Assembly: GCA_034111785.1 (NCBI GenBank)
Contig: JAWUWP010000020.1
Coordinates: 18,735-82,734 of the forward strand
Direction of reading: 5' to 3'
Length of the DNA: 64,000 bases
Origin: Paraglaciecola sp.
Lineage (GTDB): Bacteria; Pseudomonadota; Gammaproteobacteria; Enterobacterales; Alteromonadaceae
Shown here: one piece after another, positions 40,274 to 49,245 of the stretch
Layout of the letters: the number at the start of each line of letters is the position of its first letter
How positions within the stretch are numbered: position 1 is the first letter of the stretch
Position numbers and translations under genes: made by a program
The notes under the pieces: generated by a model
What the model saw: the letters and a program-made list of their open reading frames with translations, nothing else
Database searches by the model: none
Told to the model about the DNA's origin: nothing

Positions 40274-41173
40274 ATGGATGTATTACAACAACTTTTTTCA
40301 ACCTTTAAAGTCTCAGCTAATATTATTCACAACGGACAGTACTGTGGAAATTGGGCGATAGATACCTCTGGCAGCCAATATATTAGTTTTCATATAGTGA
40401 GTTTTGGTCGCTGTTTTATGAGCATTGATGGCAAGGCTGCACAAGTCATTTTAGAGCCAGGTGATATGCTGATTTTCCCCAAAGATATCAGCCACTGCGT
40501 TAGCAATGACAAGCAGTTCACGCAAGAGATCAACAGTAAAAAGTCACTGGACTATAGCCAAGGCCAAACAACAGATGGAACAGGTTTGGTGTGTGGATAC
40601 TTCGCACACAATCATCCACTTGTAACCTCCATCACTGACCATCTCCCTGACTACATTGTGCTCAAACGCAGTCAGCTCGGTAAGCAAGAGTTGGCTGTGG
40701 CTTACTTGTTGGATGCTTTGCTTGAAGAATCTCTGGATCCCGATAGTGGCTCAGAATTGATCCTAGCCAAGATATCCGAGGCGATCCTGGCCATCATATT
40801 TAGACAACACTTACCCAGTGAAACCGGGGTACTCGCGGCCGCTATTCACCCCAAGCTAGCGAATGCTATCAAACACATACATCAGCACAGCGAACGTAAG
40901 TGGACGGTGGAACAATTAGCCGAACTGTGCTTTATGTCAAGAGCCGCGTTTAGTGATTTATTTAAGTCAGTGTTAGGCCAATCGCCAATAGAATATCTGA
41001 CCCAATGGCGCTTTAGTATTGCCTATAGAATGTTAGCCGACGATAACGCTACCACCCTCAGTGCCGCGCTTTCTTGTGGATATGATAATGAATCGTCTTT
41101 TTCGAAAGCCTTTAAACGGGTAATGGGTGTTAGCCCAGGCGCGGTGAGAGCGCAGCTAAGAGGGGTACAATAG
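40274..41173 (+). CDS. AraC-family regulator with Cupin_6 domain (RclR-like)
   Basis: YCGNW, FHIV..G, LVCGYF, WTVEQLA...MSRAAF, CGYDNESSFSKAFKR. Confidence 0.9.
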   Translation: MDVLQQLFSTFKVSANIIHNGQYCGNWAIDTSGSQYISFHIVSFGRCFMSIDGKAAQVILEPGDMLIFPKDISHCVSNDKQFTQEINSKKSLDYSQGQTTDGTGLVCGYFAHNHPLVTSITDHLPDYIVLKRSQLGKQELAVAYLLDALLEESLDPDSGSELILAKISEAILAIIFRQHLPSETGVLAAAIHPKLANAIKHIHQHSERKWTVEQLAELCFMSRAAFSDLFKSVLGQSPIEYLTQWRFSIAYRMLADDNATTLSAALSCGYDNESSFSKAFKRVMGVSPGAVRAQLRGVQ

Positions 41174-41233
41174 CCACAATGATGTCTAGTGTCACCACAA
41201 GATAACCCTAAAACCCTCACGCTTTATCTGCTG

Positions 41234-42313
41234 TTATTGGATCAGTTGATGAGAGAAGGTATAAATAACGCCTAGTGAAATAGCGTTGGGATCATTGCCG
41301 AACAAAGGGGTCACCTTATCGCCCTTGCCTTTTCCGTTCACACTAAAATTAACCTTGTCATCATTTTGAGTGCTGGCGTAGGCTATATAGAAAGTCGTTT
41401 GTTCATCGAAGGCATAGTCATACCCCAGAGCAAACTGTGTGGCGTCGTTGTCTGCGCCCTGGCCTAAACTGTTGGCAAACTGGGCTTTAATTTTACCTTT
41501 ACTTCCCACTGGCATGATACCCGCAACAGTAAAACTATTTCGATCATTGCCGATTTGTCCACCTATATCACTTTCAGCTTGATACCCCCCGCCTAAGCTA
41601 AATGATCCAAAATCATAGTCCATGACAAAAGCCAAACCTGTATGTTGATTGTCGACCCCCTCTCCTTGGCCGATATGGGTATAGACTAGTCCCATATTTA
41701 AATCTTTTTGGGTATAACTCCCTTTGAGCAGCAAGTAATCGCTGTCATTGATACCTTCCTCAGGAGCATAAGTGGCCGCCACATCAAAACCAGCCATATT
41801 GTTGGTTTTATAATAGATGACATTGTCAGAGCGACCAGGAATACCATTGGCTTCCCAAAAATTGCCGAGATCACCAATTTGGTCAGCAAAAGGGTTATAG
41901 TCATTAGCATACTGATCGAGGAAGTTCAGATGGCCTAATAATATCGTCCCAAACTCTCCTTTTAAGCCTAGGTATGAGGGCCGTCCTTTGGTCAAGATCT
42001 GCCCCGATGACTCAGCGCCCCCATTGCCGTCATTGCCACCTTGAGCGGTTAAATCGAGACCGGATTCATATTGAAATATCACAGTGAGATCATCACTAAG
42101 TTGATGTTCACCATTAAAACCTATTCTAGAAGAATTACTGGCAATGTAAATACTGCTCTGCAGCCCGTCATCAACAGTATCAATGGAAACATGTCCTAAG
42201 GCATAAATATTCAGTTCTACGCCATGCACAGGTGCAGATAAAAAAATCGCAGAAGTAACAGCCAGTAATAATCGGCTGGGTCTTCTGACTATATATTGGG
42301 TTAGTCTGGTCAT
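41234..42313 (-). CDS. Gram-negative porin
   Basis: Signal peptide, SNSSRIGFNG, SYLGLKGEFG, RSDNVIYY, ALGYDYAF..T.FYIAY, SLGVIYTF. Confidence 0.88.
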   Translation of the reverse strand: MTRLTQYIVRRPSRLLLAVTSAIFLSAPVHGVELNIYALGHVSIDTVDDGLQSSIYIASNSSRIGFNGEHQLSDDLTVIFQYESGLDLTAQGGNDGNGGAESSGQILTKGRPSYLGLKGEFGTILLGHLNFLDQYANDYNPFADQIGDLGNFWEANGIPGRSDNVIYYKTNNMAGFDVAATYAPEEGINDSDYLLLKGSYTQKDLNMGLVYTHIGQGEGVDNQHTGLAFVMDYDFGSFSLGGGYQAESDIGGQIGNDRNSFTVAGIMPVGSKGKIKAQFANSLGQGADNDATQFALGYDYAFDEQTTFYIAYASTQNDDKVNFSVNGKGKGDKVTPLFGNDPNAISLGVIYTFSHQLIQ

Positions 42314-42327
42314 ATAAAACTCGCGGG

Positions 42328-44013
42328 TTAAGTGCGTAAGGTAAATTTTGATAACATGTCTTGCAGCTGAGTACTTTGTTGCGAAAGTTGCTCTGCGGCG
42401 GCGGCACTGGCCAGTGCGGCTTCGGTGTTTTTCTGAGTTACATCACCAATTTCCCCCAGCCCCTGCTTAATATTTTCTGCACCAATGGCTTGTTTGTTAC
42501 TCGCAGTGGCAATTTCGGTGACCAGATCTGAGCTTTCTGTGATCATTTCAAAAATACTTTTTAGGCTTGCTGCTGTTTCACTGGCCATGGCACTGCCGTT
42601 CTCTGTTTTCAATACGGCTCCTGCAATCAACTTTGACGTTTCTATAGCAGCACTGGTGCTTCGAGCGGCAAGGTTACGTACCTCATCTGCTACCACCGCA
42701 AATCCGCGGCCTTGTTCTCCGGCACGGGCCGCTTCAATTGCGGCATTGAGGGCCAACAGGTTAGTTTGAGCGGCGATTTCATCGATAGTACTAATAAACC
42801 CAGATATGCTTTTATTGGCCGCTGATATTTCTGACATAGCCAATATCATTCCGTCCATCTTGTCACCGCCATCGCTGGCAGCCGTCTGGGCTTTGGCTGC
42901 TAATTCACTGGCTTGGTCGGCATTTTGCGCATTAGTGGTAATTTGCTCACTGAGCAGGTTCAGCGAGCTGACGATATTATCCAGACTAGATGACTGGCTT
43001 GAAGCCCCAAGGGACAGGGTTGAACTGGTATCAGAAACACTGCCACTGCCGTCAGAAATTTCATCGCTTATTAACTGAGTTTGCGTCATCATTTGATTTA
43101 AGTTATCGGTCATTTGTCTCAGAGCCAGGCCAAGGGAATCTTTATCTGAGACTAGATTTATGGTGGTATTGAGTTTTCCGGCAGCGATTAGCTCCGCCAA
43201 ACCTACTTTCTCTTGGAGTGAGGACATCATTACTCGCATTTGCGCAAACACGCCTTTATCTACACCATAATTGCTTAAGGAGACTGACAGATCTCCGTGG
43301 GCAACATCTTGGGCAATCTGCGCGATATAAGAGGGTTCCCCGCCCAATAGCTCCATTATATGCCGAGTCAACCACAGGGCAACCATCAAACCTAACACTA
43401 TGGCCAATAGTGTGCCAAAAATAGTCACCTGCAGCACAAAAGACTCAATACTGGAAGCTGAGGCTAATCGCACTTCCATCAGGATCTGTTCTCTGTCTTT
43501 AAAGGTTTTCATTTGCCCTCTAAATTTATCAAAATACCGTTTACCTTCGGCCTGGGAGACCATGAATGCTACATCATCCATGGTTTTTGTATCTCCCACT
43601 TGACGTCTCATTGCGATCTGCTCTTCAACAACAGAGCGGATCCAAATGTCAATGTTGGATCTCGTCTCCCCCAAGAGTGTGACTTGCGAAGGGTTATCGG
43701 AAACCGTTTGTGACAGCCCGCTAATCAATGAATAAAACCGTGTTTTACCACTGGTATAAGGTTCGAGGAATTGGTTTTCTCCGGCAAGTAAGAACCCTCT
43801 CATGCCTGTTTCCATATCCACAGCAGAGGCTTCTATCTCACCAGCAGTATGCAGCACGTTATGGGTATGGTTGACCCAACCAAAATCGCCCACAAGGGAC
43901 TTAATACCTATATAAACCACCAGTGAAACTACTGACATAAGGGCTAAAACAACACCATAACCGGCAAGTAACTTTGTCCTAAAGCGTAAATTCGAAAATA
44001 CAGTATTTAACAT
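42328..44013 (-). CDS. methyl-accepting chemotaxis protein with CHASE3 sensor
   Basis: [22 protein letters not shown]...FLEPY (CHASE3), [40 protein letters not shown]. Confidence 0.95.
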   Translation of the reverse strand: MLNTVFSNLRFRTKLLAGYGVVLALMSVVSLVVYIGIKSLVGDFGWVNHTHNVLHTAGEIEASAVDMETGMRGFLLAGENQFLEPYTSGKTRFYSLISGLSQTVSDNPSQVTLLGETRSNIDIWIRSVVEEQIAMRRQVGDTKTMDDVAFMVSQAEGKRYFDKFRGQMKTFKDREQILMEVRLASASSIESFVLQVTIFGTLLAIVLGLMVALWLTRHIMELLGGEPSYIAQIAQDVAHGDLSVSLSNYGVDKGVFAQMRVMMSSLQEKVGLAELIAAGKLNTTINLVSDKDSLGLALRQMTDNLNQMMTQTQLISDEISDGSGSVSDTSSTLSLGASSQSSSLDNIVSSLNLLSEQITTNAQNADQASELAAKAQTAASDGGDKMDGMILAMSEISAANKSISGFISTIDEIAAQTNLLALNAAIEAARAGEQGRGFAVVADEVRNLAARSTSAAIETSKLIAGAVLKTENGSAMASETAASLKSIFEMITESSDLVTEIATASNKQAIGAENIKQGLGEIGDVTQKNTEAALASAAAAEQLSQQSTQLQDMLSKFTLRT

Positions 44014-44487
44014 TTAAATTTTATTCCAATCTTTAATTATCAATTAGCCATAGTTCATACTAGTTTACAAATAAAATAAAAATAGTTTTTTGTTGTAATT
44101 AGGCTGCTAATTGAGACTAAAGTATGGCTTTTTCACAAAAAACCCTAAATATTCCAATAACAAATCCAGGTAATACAGACATTTCTATTAACTGAACCGC
44201 TGCTAAAATAGTGTCATTTAACCGGTATAAAGACCCGATAGCCTAGAAAGAAGGTTATAAAACCCTCCGTCACTTTGCGGGGCAACATAAAGCCAAAACC
44301 TGACCTTTTTACCAATCATTATTGGCCTGTCCAGATAATTATTTTCAGTTGTATAGGGGCAAGCAAAGGCGGGGCTAGATATAAAATAACCTCGAAACCC
44401 GATGTGAAATATGTAACAACAATTTTTTACATCCTCATGACTGTTATAGGTTGATGGTTAACGAATTCAACATGCTTTGTCAGAACC

Positions 44488-44694
44488 CAATGGCCCTTGA
44501 TAAAATAACGACCCGTAAACCACAGCGGTTAAGCGACATCGAGGTAGTGCAAAGAATTATTGCGCACATTGATAACGGCTCAACAGATAAAGGGCGTCAC
44601 GGTTACCGGTTACCGGTTACCGGTTGCCGGTTACCGGTTGCCGGTTGCCGGTTGCCCACTATCAAAGTGCAGAGACGATCTGCAGATGGTATTG
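44488..44694 (+). pseudogene. N-terminal remnant of a Rieske (ring-hydroxylating) oxygenase alpha subunit
   Basis: LSDIEVVQRIIAHIDNGSTDKG..YRLPV(AHYQSAE) resembles the N-terminus of such oxygenases. The frame is broken by a tandem repeat and no Rieske motif follows. Confidence 0.5.
44601..44656 (+). repeat. 7-bp tandem repeat, 8 copies (GGTTRCC)
   Basis: GGTTACC x3, GGTTGCC, GGTTACC, GGTTGCC x3. Confidence 0.97.
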
Positions 44695-44980
44695 ATTCAC
44701 TGTCTATAATGTTAACAATCCGTGGATTGTAGCTATTGGTGTGCAAAAATCTGTATAAGTGGGCTTTACCGGTAAAAATCCTGCCTTTAACGGCAAAATA
44801 TCCCTCACTTTACCTTGAATAGTGGACGATACCGCTAGTTCGTGCTGAAATACGGGTTATTCAGTTACAGTAACTTTGCCCATACTCAATGAATTCACAC
44901 TGGGGCATTGGGGCAAACCGCGCAGTCTAACCTATACCCCTGTAGCCAAACACGTTTTTAAACAACTTCGAGGAAGCGCA

Positions 44981-46441
44981 ATGGATCACCTCAGCGGCTT
45001 AGATGCGGCCTTTTTACACTTAGAATCACCGGAAACACCGATGCATGTGGGCGGACTAGCCATACTGGAGCTACCACCGGAATATTCAGGGGATTTTATG
45101 GACGACGTGCGTACCCATATCCAAAACCGCATGCACATGGCGGCCATCTTTCAGCGCAAACTGATCAATATGCCATTCGACATCGCCAACCCTATTTGGG
45201 TGATGGACGAGGATCTCGATATTGACTACCACATCAGACACGTAATAGTGCCGCCTCCCGCCACTCGCAGTACAGTAGATAAAGTCATAGGTCGATTGCA
45301 CTCGAGCTTGCTCGACCGCAGCCGGCCATTGTGGGAAATGCATATATTGGACGGTTTACCTGTGCCGGCAGAACGGCCTAAGGGCACCCGCTATGTGGGG
45401 CTCTACTCGAAGATGCATCACGCGGCTCTGGACGGTATGGGCGGGCAAGTGCTAATGGAAGCTATTATGGATGTGTCAGCCGTGCCACGCAAAGCCAATA
45501 AACGCAAGCGCCGCAGAGACACAACCAATGGTGACAACTACGGCATAGCTGAACTCACCGCCTCAGGGGTGATGCACAACCTTAGCCAGTCCATTAAGCT
45601 GACCAAAAACTTACCTCAGCTAACACGCAAAGCCTTTGACATGCTCAAACCAAGCAAAACCGCCCAAGGCAGCAACAACGAGCGGATGAATTGGCTGGCC
45701 CCTAAGACGCCACTCAACGCTACCATCACTAATCAACGTAGCTTCGCCCGTTTCTCCATTCCCATTGCCGACACTAAAAAAATTGCCAAATTAAACAATG
45801 TCAGTCTCAATGACGTAGTGATGGCAATCTCTGGGGAAGGCATGAACCGTTATTTCGAAGATGAGGGATTCAGTACCGAAGAACCCTTGTTAGCTGCCAT
45901 CCCCGTTAGCGTGCGCCCCGAAGGCAATGTGGAGCTGAGCAACCAGGTGTCTATAGCGCGCATGAACCTGGCTACCAATATCAAAGATCCATTGCAACGC
46001 TTGCAGGCCATCAATGCGTCTTCCACTAACGTCAAAGCATTGCTGTCGGATGTGAAAACCATAATGCCCACCGACTTCCCTTCGCTCGGTGCCCCTTGGC
46101 TGATGAGCAGCATTGCTTCGACTATGACCAGGGCCAGGATCGCTAATTCCCTGCCGCCTTTTGCCAACGTCCTGATCTCCAATGTGCCTGGACCTAATAT
46201 GACCCTGTACTTTGCCGGTGCCAAACAGATCAGTACCTTTCCGGTATCTATCCCTTATCACGGTATGGCACTGAATATTACGCTACAGAGCTATGACGGC
46301 TGGCTCGACTTTGGCATTATCTCCTGCCAAAAACTGATGCCCGATATACATGAGCTGGGGCAACATATGAAAGAAGCACATAAGGAATTGCTCACACTGA
46401 GTTTAAAGGCTCATGCTCAAACCCCAGAAAGTGTCGGCTAA
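44981..46441 (+). CDS. wax ester synthase / diacylglycerol acyltransferase (WS/DGAT)
   Basis: LSGLDAAFLHLE...PMHVG, LDRSRPLWE, catalytic HHAALDG, SLNDVV, NVLISNVPGP, ALNIT..SY. Start moved to 44981 (GAGGA RBS). Confidence 0.95.
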   Translation: MDHLSGLDAAFLHLESPETPMHVGGLAILELPPEYSGDFMDDVRTHIQNRMHMAAIFQRKLINMPFDIANPIWVMDEDLDIDYHIRHVIVPPPATRSTVDKVIGRLHSSLLDRSRPLWEMHILDGLPVPAERPKGTRYVGLYSKMHHAALDGMGGQVLMEAIMDVSAVPRKANKRKRRRDTTNGDNYGIAELTASGVMHNLSQSIKLTKNLPQLTRKAFDMLKPSKTAQGSNNERMNWLAPKTPLNATITNQRSFARFSIPIADTKKIAKLNNVSLNDVVMAISGEGMNRYFEDEGFSTEEPLLAAIPVSVRPEGNVELSNQVSIARMNLATNIKDPLQRLQAINASSTNVKALLSDVKTIMPTDFPSLGAPWLMSSIASTMTRARIANSLPPFANVLISNVPGPNMTLYFAGAKQISTFPVSIPYHGMALNITLQSYDGWLDFGIISCQKLMPDIHELGQHMKEAHKELLTLSLKAHAQTPESVG

Positions 46442-46470
46442 ACCTAGTCGATAGTTAAAGTCAGTCTATA

Positions 46471-46500
46471 TAAAAAGGGGCCAATACTTGGCCCTTTTTA
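46471..46500. terminator. bidirectional terminator
   Basis: taaaaaGGGGCCAA-tac-TTGGCCCttttta between convergent genes. Confidence 0.82.
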
Positions 46501-46562
46501 TTGGCTTGCTAAGGCGACACTGCCTTAACAAACACCCCAATAAATTAACCTATCATGTATTT

Positions 46563-48215
46563 TCAAGGCGTTGCCACAGGCATAGGAATATCTGGATTAA
46601 TGCCTTGCTGTTTTTTCTGTTCCAGGACCATTTCCCGCACATCGGCTAACAACTTTTTCGCATCATAGACAATGCCGTCTTTAATGGTCCAGCGCACTCC
46701 ACCCACACGCTGCACTGTATTAGTTTCATTATTGAGTTTGGGAACACCAGTACCATATAAAGATTTCAAGTTATGAATGGGATTTTCATCCACAATAATA
46801 ATATCGGCTTTTTTACCTAAGTGTAAGGTACCGATATCCTCAGCCATTTTTAATACTTTGGCACCTTCTTTAGTGGCGGCTCTGATCACTTCTAATGGAT
46901 GAAAACCAGCTTCTTGTAGTAGTTCTAACTCTTGAATATAACCAAAGCCATATAAGCTATAAATGTAACCTGTGTCGCTACCCGCTACTACTGTGCCACC
47001 TTTGTTTTTATATTCGTTAACAAACTGCATCCACAGTTTAAAATTATGTTTCCATTCGACTTCATCTTCTGTGGTCCAGTTAAAGAAATAAGCCCCATGC
47101 TGCGCTCGGTTAGCACGATAAAACTGCCATAAGTTGGGCATAGTATATTGGTAATGCCATTCTGCCGAATAAGCACGCATTAGATCACGGCTCGCCAGGT
47201 AAATCGTAAAAGTAGGGCTTAAGCAGAAGTCACGTTCAAGCAAGGTGTCCATCACATAATTCCAACGCTCGCTGCCGGGTTGCGCGGCCTGTTTCCATAA
47301 GCGCCCTGCTTGGCGGAAACGGTCTTGTTCATTATTGTAAATATAATCAGTGGGGTAGTGTTGGATAACCTTATCTTCGAATAACGCTTCTGGTAATCCA
47401 TACCAATGTTCCATGCAGTCTAATCCCATGGCGGATGTATCCAGCACATTAGCATGCACTACGTCGAGTTGGGCGTGATGCATAGTGGTGTCTAAGTCGA
47501 GCTTCTCCGCTTCGTTTAAAGCAGCGGCCATAATATCTTCTTTGGCTCCCATAAATTTAATGCCATCGGCACCTTTTTTCTTCAGGGACTTAACCCGTTT
47601 ACGGGCTAGCTCAGGCGTACTTATTGGATCTTTGATTGCGCCAAAATAGGGGAAGACTGAGATCCTTGGTGAGGTGATGGCATTTGCCAGGCTTAACTTT
47701 TTTAAGGCCAAGGTTCGATCTTCTCCTTGACTGTCATACACTTCACGCACTGTGGTGACCCCATGCCCCAACCACAGTTTAAAGATGTATTCTGGTGGCA
47801 CTTTCTGCCCATGATCGACATTATGAATATGGGCATGTGAGTCGATAAAACCCGGTAATATATATTTACCATGGGCATCAATTTCCCTGGTGCCTTTACC
47901 GGGACGATTTTTATCTTCTATTGGCAATCCGGGAAAACCTACTACTTTAATTTGCGTAATGCGATTGTGCTCTACTACTATATCTGCCGGCCCATATGGT
48001 GGCGCGCCCGTGCCGTCAATAACATAACCGCCTCGTATCACTAATCGCTCATAAGTGCCTTCACCTTCGCTCCGTTTGGGCACTTCATTGTTCACTTGTT
48101 TGAATAATTTATCGTGGTTAGCCGCGACCGCTGCTGCCCCAGATAGACCTATTACTAAGGTGGCAATGGTGACGGTTAAAACGCAAGACGCCAACGCTTT
48201 TGATGGAAATGTCAT
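46563..48215 (-). CDS. exported amidohydrolase-family protein
   Basis: Signal peptide, ILPGFIDSHAH, GVTTVR, HHAQ, EHWYG, GSDTG, G.L..GKKADIIIVD.NP. Confidence 0.88.
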   Translation of the reverse strand: MTFPSKALASCVLTVTIATLVIGLSGAAAVAANHDKLFKQVNNEVPKRSEGEGTYERLVIRGGYVIDGTGAPPYGPADIVVEHNRITQIKVVGFPGLPIEDKNRPGKGTREIDAHGKYILPGFIDSHAHIHNVDHGQKVPPEYIFKLWLGHGVTTVREVYDSQGEDRTLALKKLSLANAITSPRISVFPYFGAIKDPISTPELARKRVKSLKKKGADGIKFMGAKEDIMAAALNEAEKLDLDTTMHHAQLDVVHANVLDTSAMGLDCMEHWYGLPEALFEDKVIQHYPTDYIYNNEQDRFRQAGRLWKQAAQPGSERWNYVMDTLLERDFCLSPTFTIYLASRDLMRAYSAEWHYQYTMPNLWQFYRANRAQHGAYFFNWTTEDEVEWKHNFKLWMQFVNEYKNKGGTVVAGSDTGYIYSLYGFGYIQELELLQEAGFHPLEVIRAATKEGAKVLKMAEDIGTLHLGKKADIIIVDENPIHNLKSLYGTGVPKLNNETNTVQRVGGVRWTIKDGIVYDAKKLLADVREMVLEQKKQQGINPDIPMPVATP

Positions 48216-48466
48216 GGCTGCAGTTATCCTCGTTAATTACGCTCAAAAGGTATTGATTAGCTGTAACGATAACATGTTTTTTTCCTTGATTGACTGATTA
48301 ATACACTCATACACTTTACCCTTTGTTGGGCCAATTTGTGCTGTGTTTACCGCGGCTTATATCAATAGTCCAAGCCACTAGGCTAAACATTTTGGGTGAA
48401 CTAGCAATACACAGTAAGCTGAATAACCCTCGTCTTGCTGCTGTATCAAAATACAGGATAGGTAAG

Positions 48467-49017
48467 ATGTTTAAAAGTCTCAGACTAAGCAAGAACACGC
48501 TATGCTGGTTAATGTTCGTCACAAGTACCTCTGTACAGGCTAAATTAGAAGATTTCAAAGAGGGTCCAGTGATACTGGGTTATGGTAAACATGCCCCTGT
48601 AACCACCATCAATCTGTTAAAAACCACTGAGCTTAAAGTGGCCTTTGATCTGGGTAAAGCGGCGGCGCCGGTGAACTGAATAGGAAGTTTGACAGCCTAG
48701 GGCGTTTTCTTAATATGCATGTTGCCGCTGGTCTGTTGAAAGATAATATCCAGCTGGCATTAGTGGTGCATGGTAAAGCCAGCTTTGAATGACTGGATGA
48801 TATCAGTTATCGCAAGGCCCTCAAACGGGACAATGCCAATAAGCCCCTGATACAAAGATGATTAGCAAACAAGGTAAGAGTGGTCCTATGCGGCCAAACG
48901 GCCGCTGCCTATGAGATTGTCCTTGATCCATTAATCCCAGGCAGTGAAATAGAATGATCGGCTATGACCGCCCATGCACTGCTGCAACAACAAGGATATT
49001 CGGTTAACCCTTTTTAG
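48467..49017 (+). pseudogene. exported DsrE/F-like protein pseudogene
   Basis: GPVILGYG...KVAFD, frameshift near 48670, then RFLNMH...LALVVHG, VVLCGQT, SAMTAHALLQQQGYSVNPF*. In-frame TGA at 48790, 48859 and 48955. Confidence 0.88.
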
Positions 49018-49022
49018 GGATC

Positions 49023-49064
49023 GTTGTTGTTATGGGTCATGGATCCATGACCCATAACAACAAC
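49023..49064. repeat. perfect 42-bp palindrome with no spacer
   Basis: GTTGTTGTTATGGGTCATGGA|TCCATGACCCATAACAACAAC. Confidence 0.97.
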
Positions 49065-49245
49065 ATTTAAACACAAAAAAATCTCAGTGAGATAATTTAC
49101 TGACAACAATGTAAAAATTTTGGTCCTTTTTTGTTAAAAATAATGTCATAGTAAGTTTCACAAAATGGTCACTAGCCATAAGCAAGTCGCAACATGCTGT
49201 TGAGTGTGTAAATCACTAATATAGTCCAATACCGAGAATAACCCT

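Noticed and set aside
44041-44067. Sigma-28 promoter for the chemoreceptor
   Set aside because: TAAA-N15 is present on the minus strand, but the -10 (GCTAATTG) matches GCCGATAA at only 4 of 8 positions.
44601-44656. Repeat as a CRISPR array or a phase-variation switch
   Set aside because: The units are 7 bp with no spacers and no cas genes. Restoring the frame still meets a stop about 35 bp later.
48790-48957. Selenocysteine or TGA recoding in the DsrE-like gene
   Set aside because: The TGAs fall at apparent Leu rather than Cys positions, the conserved Cys (LCGQ) is TGC, there is a frameshift, and intact genes in the window use TGA as stop.
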